Below are positions 63,826 through 64,000 of a DNA stretch of 64,000 nt, one piece after another (position 1 is the stretch's first letter; each line of letters begins with the position of its first letter). The notes under the pieces were generated by a model. The model saw only the letters and a program-made list of their open reading frames with translations. It was not told the origin of the DNA and searched no databases. The translations under genes and the position numbers were made by a program. The DNA comes from Octopus vulgaris (taxonomy: Eukaryota): contig OX597823.1 of assembly GCA_951406725.2 (NCBI GenBank), positions 94,674,001-94,738,000 of the forward strand, read 5' to 3'.

Positions 63826-63987
63826 GATACATTACATTATTTACATTTGACGGATATTTGTCATCATCTTGTTTGTTGTTAGCACAACATTTCGGCTGAT
63901 ATACCCTCCAGGCTTCATCAGGTGTCTTGGGGAAATTTCGAACAAGATGAGGACAAATATCTGTCAAATGTAAATAATGTAAATAAT
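63826..63987 (-). mobile_element. Truncated fold-back copy of the 5398-5877 family with hammerhead core
   Basis: Minus 63882-63926: GACAC-CUGAUGA-AGCCUG..CAGCC-GAAA-UG-UU-GUGC; inverted terminal segment at 63942-63987. Confidence 0.7.
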
Positions 63988-64000
63988 GAACAGACCAATG

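Overview
Repeat-dense, AT-rich animal genomic DNA, probably a coleoid cephalopod (Octopus-like; inferred from the tRNA-derived SINE families, RTE (GAT)n tails and microsatellite load, not proven). Two + strand spliced genes can be rebuilt from the sequence. The first is sorting nexin 3/12: three coding exons at 12738-12833, 30867-30991 and 33837-33942 (stop), with exon 1 not found in the window. The second is the 5' part of Integrator subunit INTS10: five exons from 51853 to 63251, continuing past the window end. The other supplied ORFs appear to be repeat-derived or microsatellite noise. The rest is SINEs, RTE/CR1/CRE/R4-Dong LINE remnants, piggyBac-, mariner- and hAT-type MITEs, a Helitron and Helentron-type elements. 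The main unexplained signal is about a dozen minimal type-I hammerhead-ribozyme-like motifs (CUGAnGA-stem II-GAAA-palindromic stem III-UH, closed by stem I). They sit in several apparently unrelated short elements, many with fold-back ends, which is a Penelope-like/retrozyme architecture; one family carries a tRNA-type Pol III head. Within introns the better-preserved motifs are all antisense. Also notable: several local templated duplications, including a ~480-bp inverted repeat bracketing INTS10 exons 3-4, and an AGA(Arg) codon at a normally Gly position of SNX3 that A-to-I editing could restore. All alignments and folds were done by eye.
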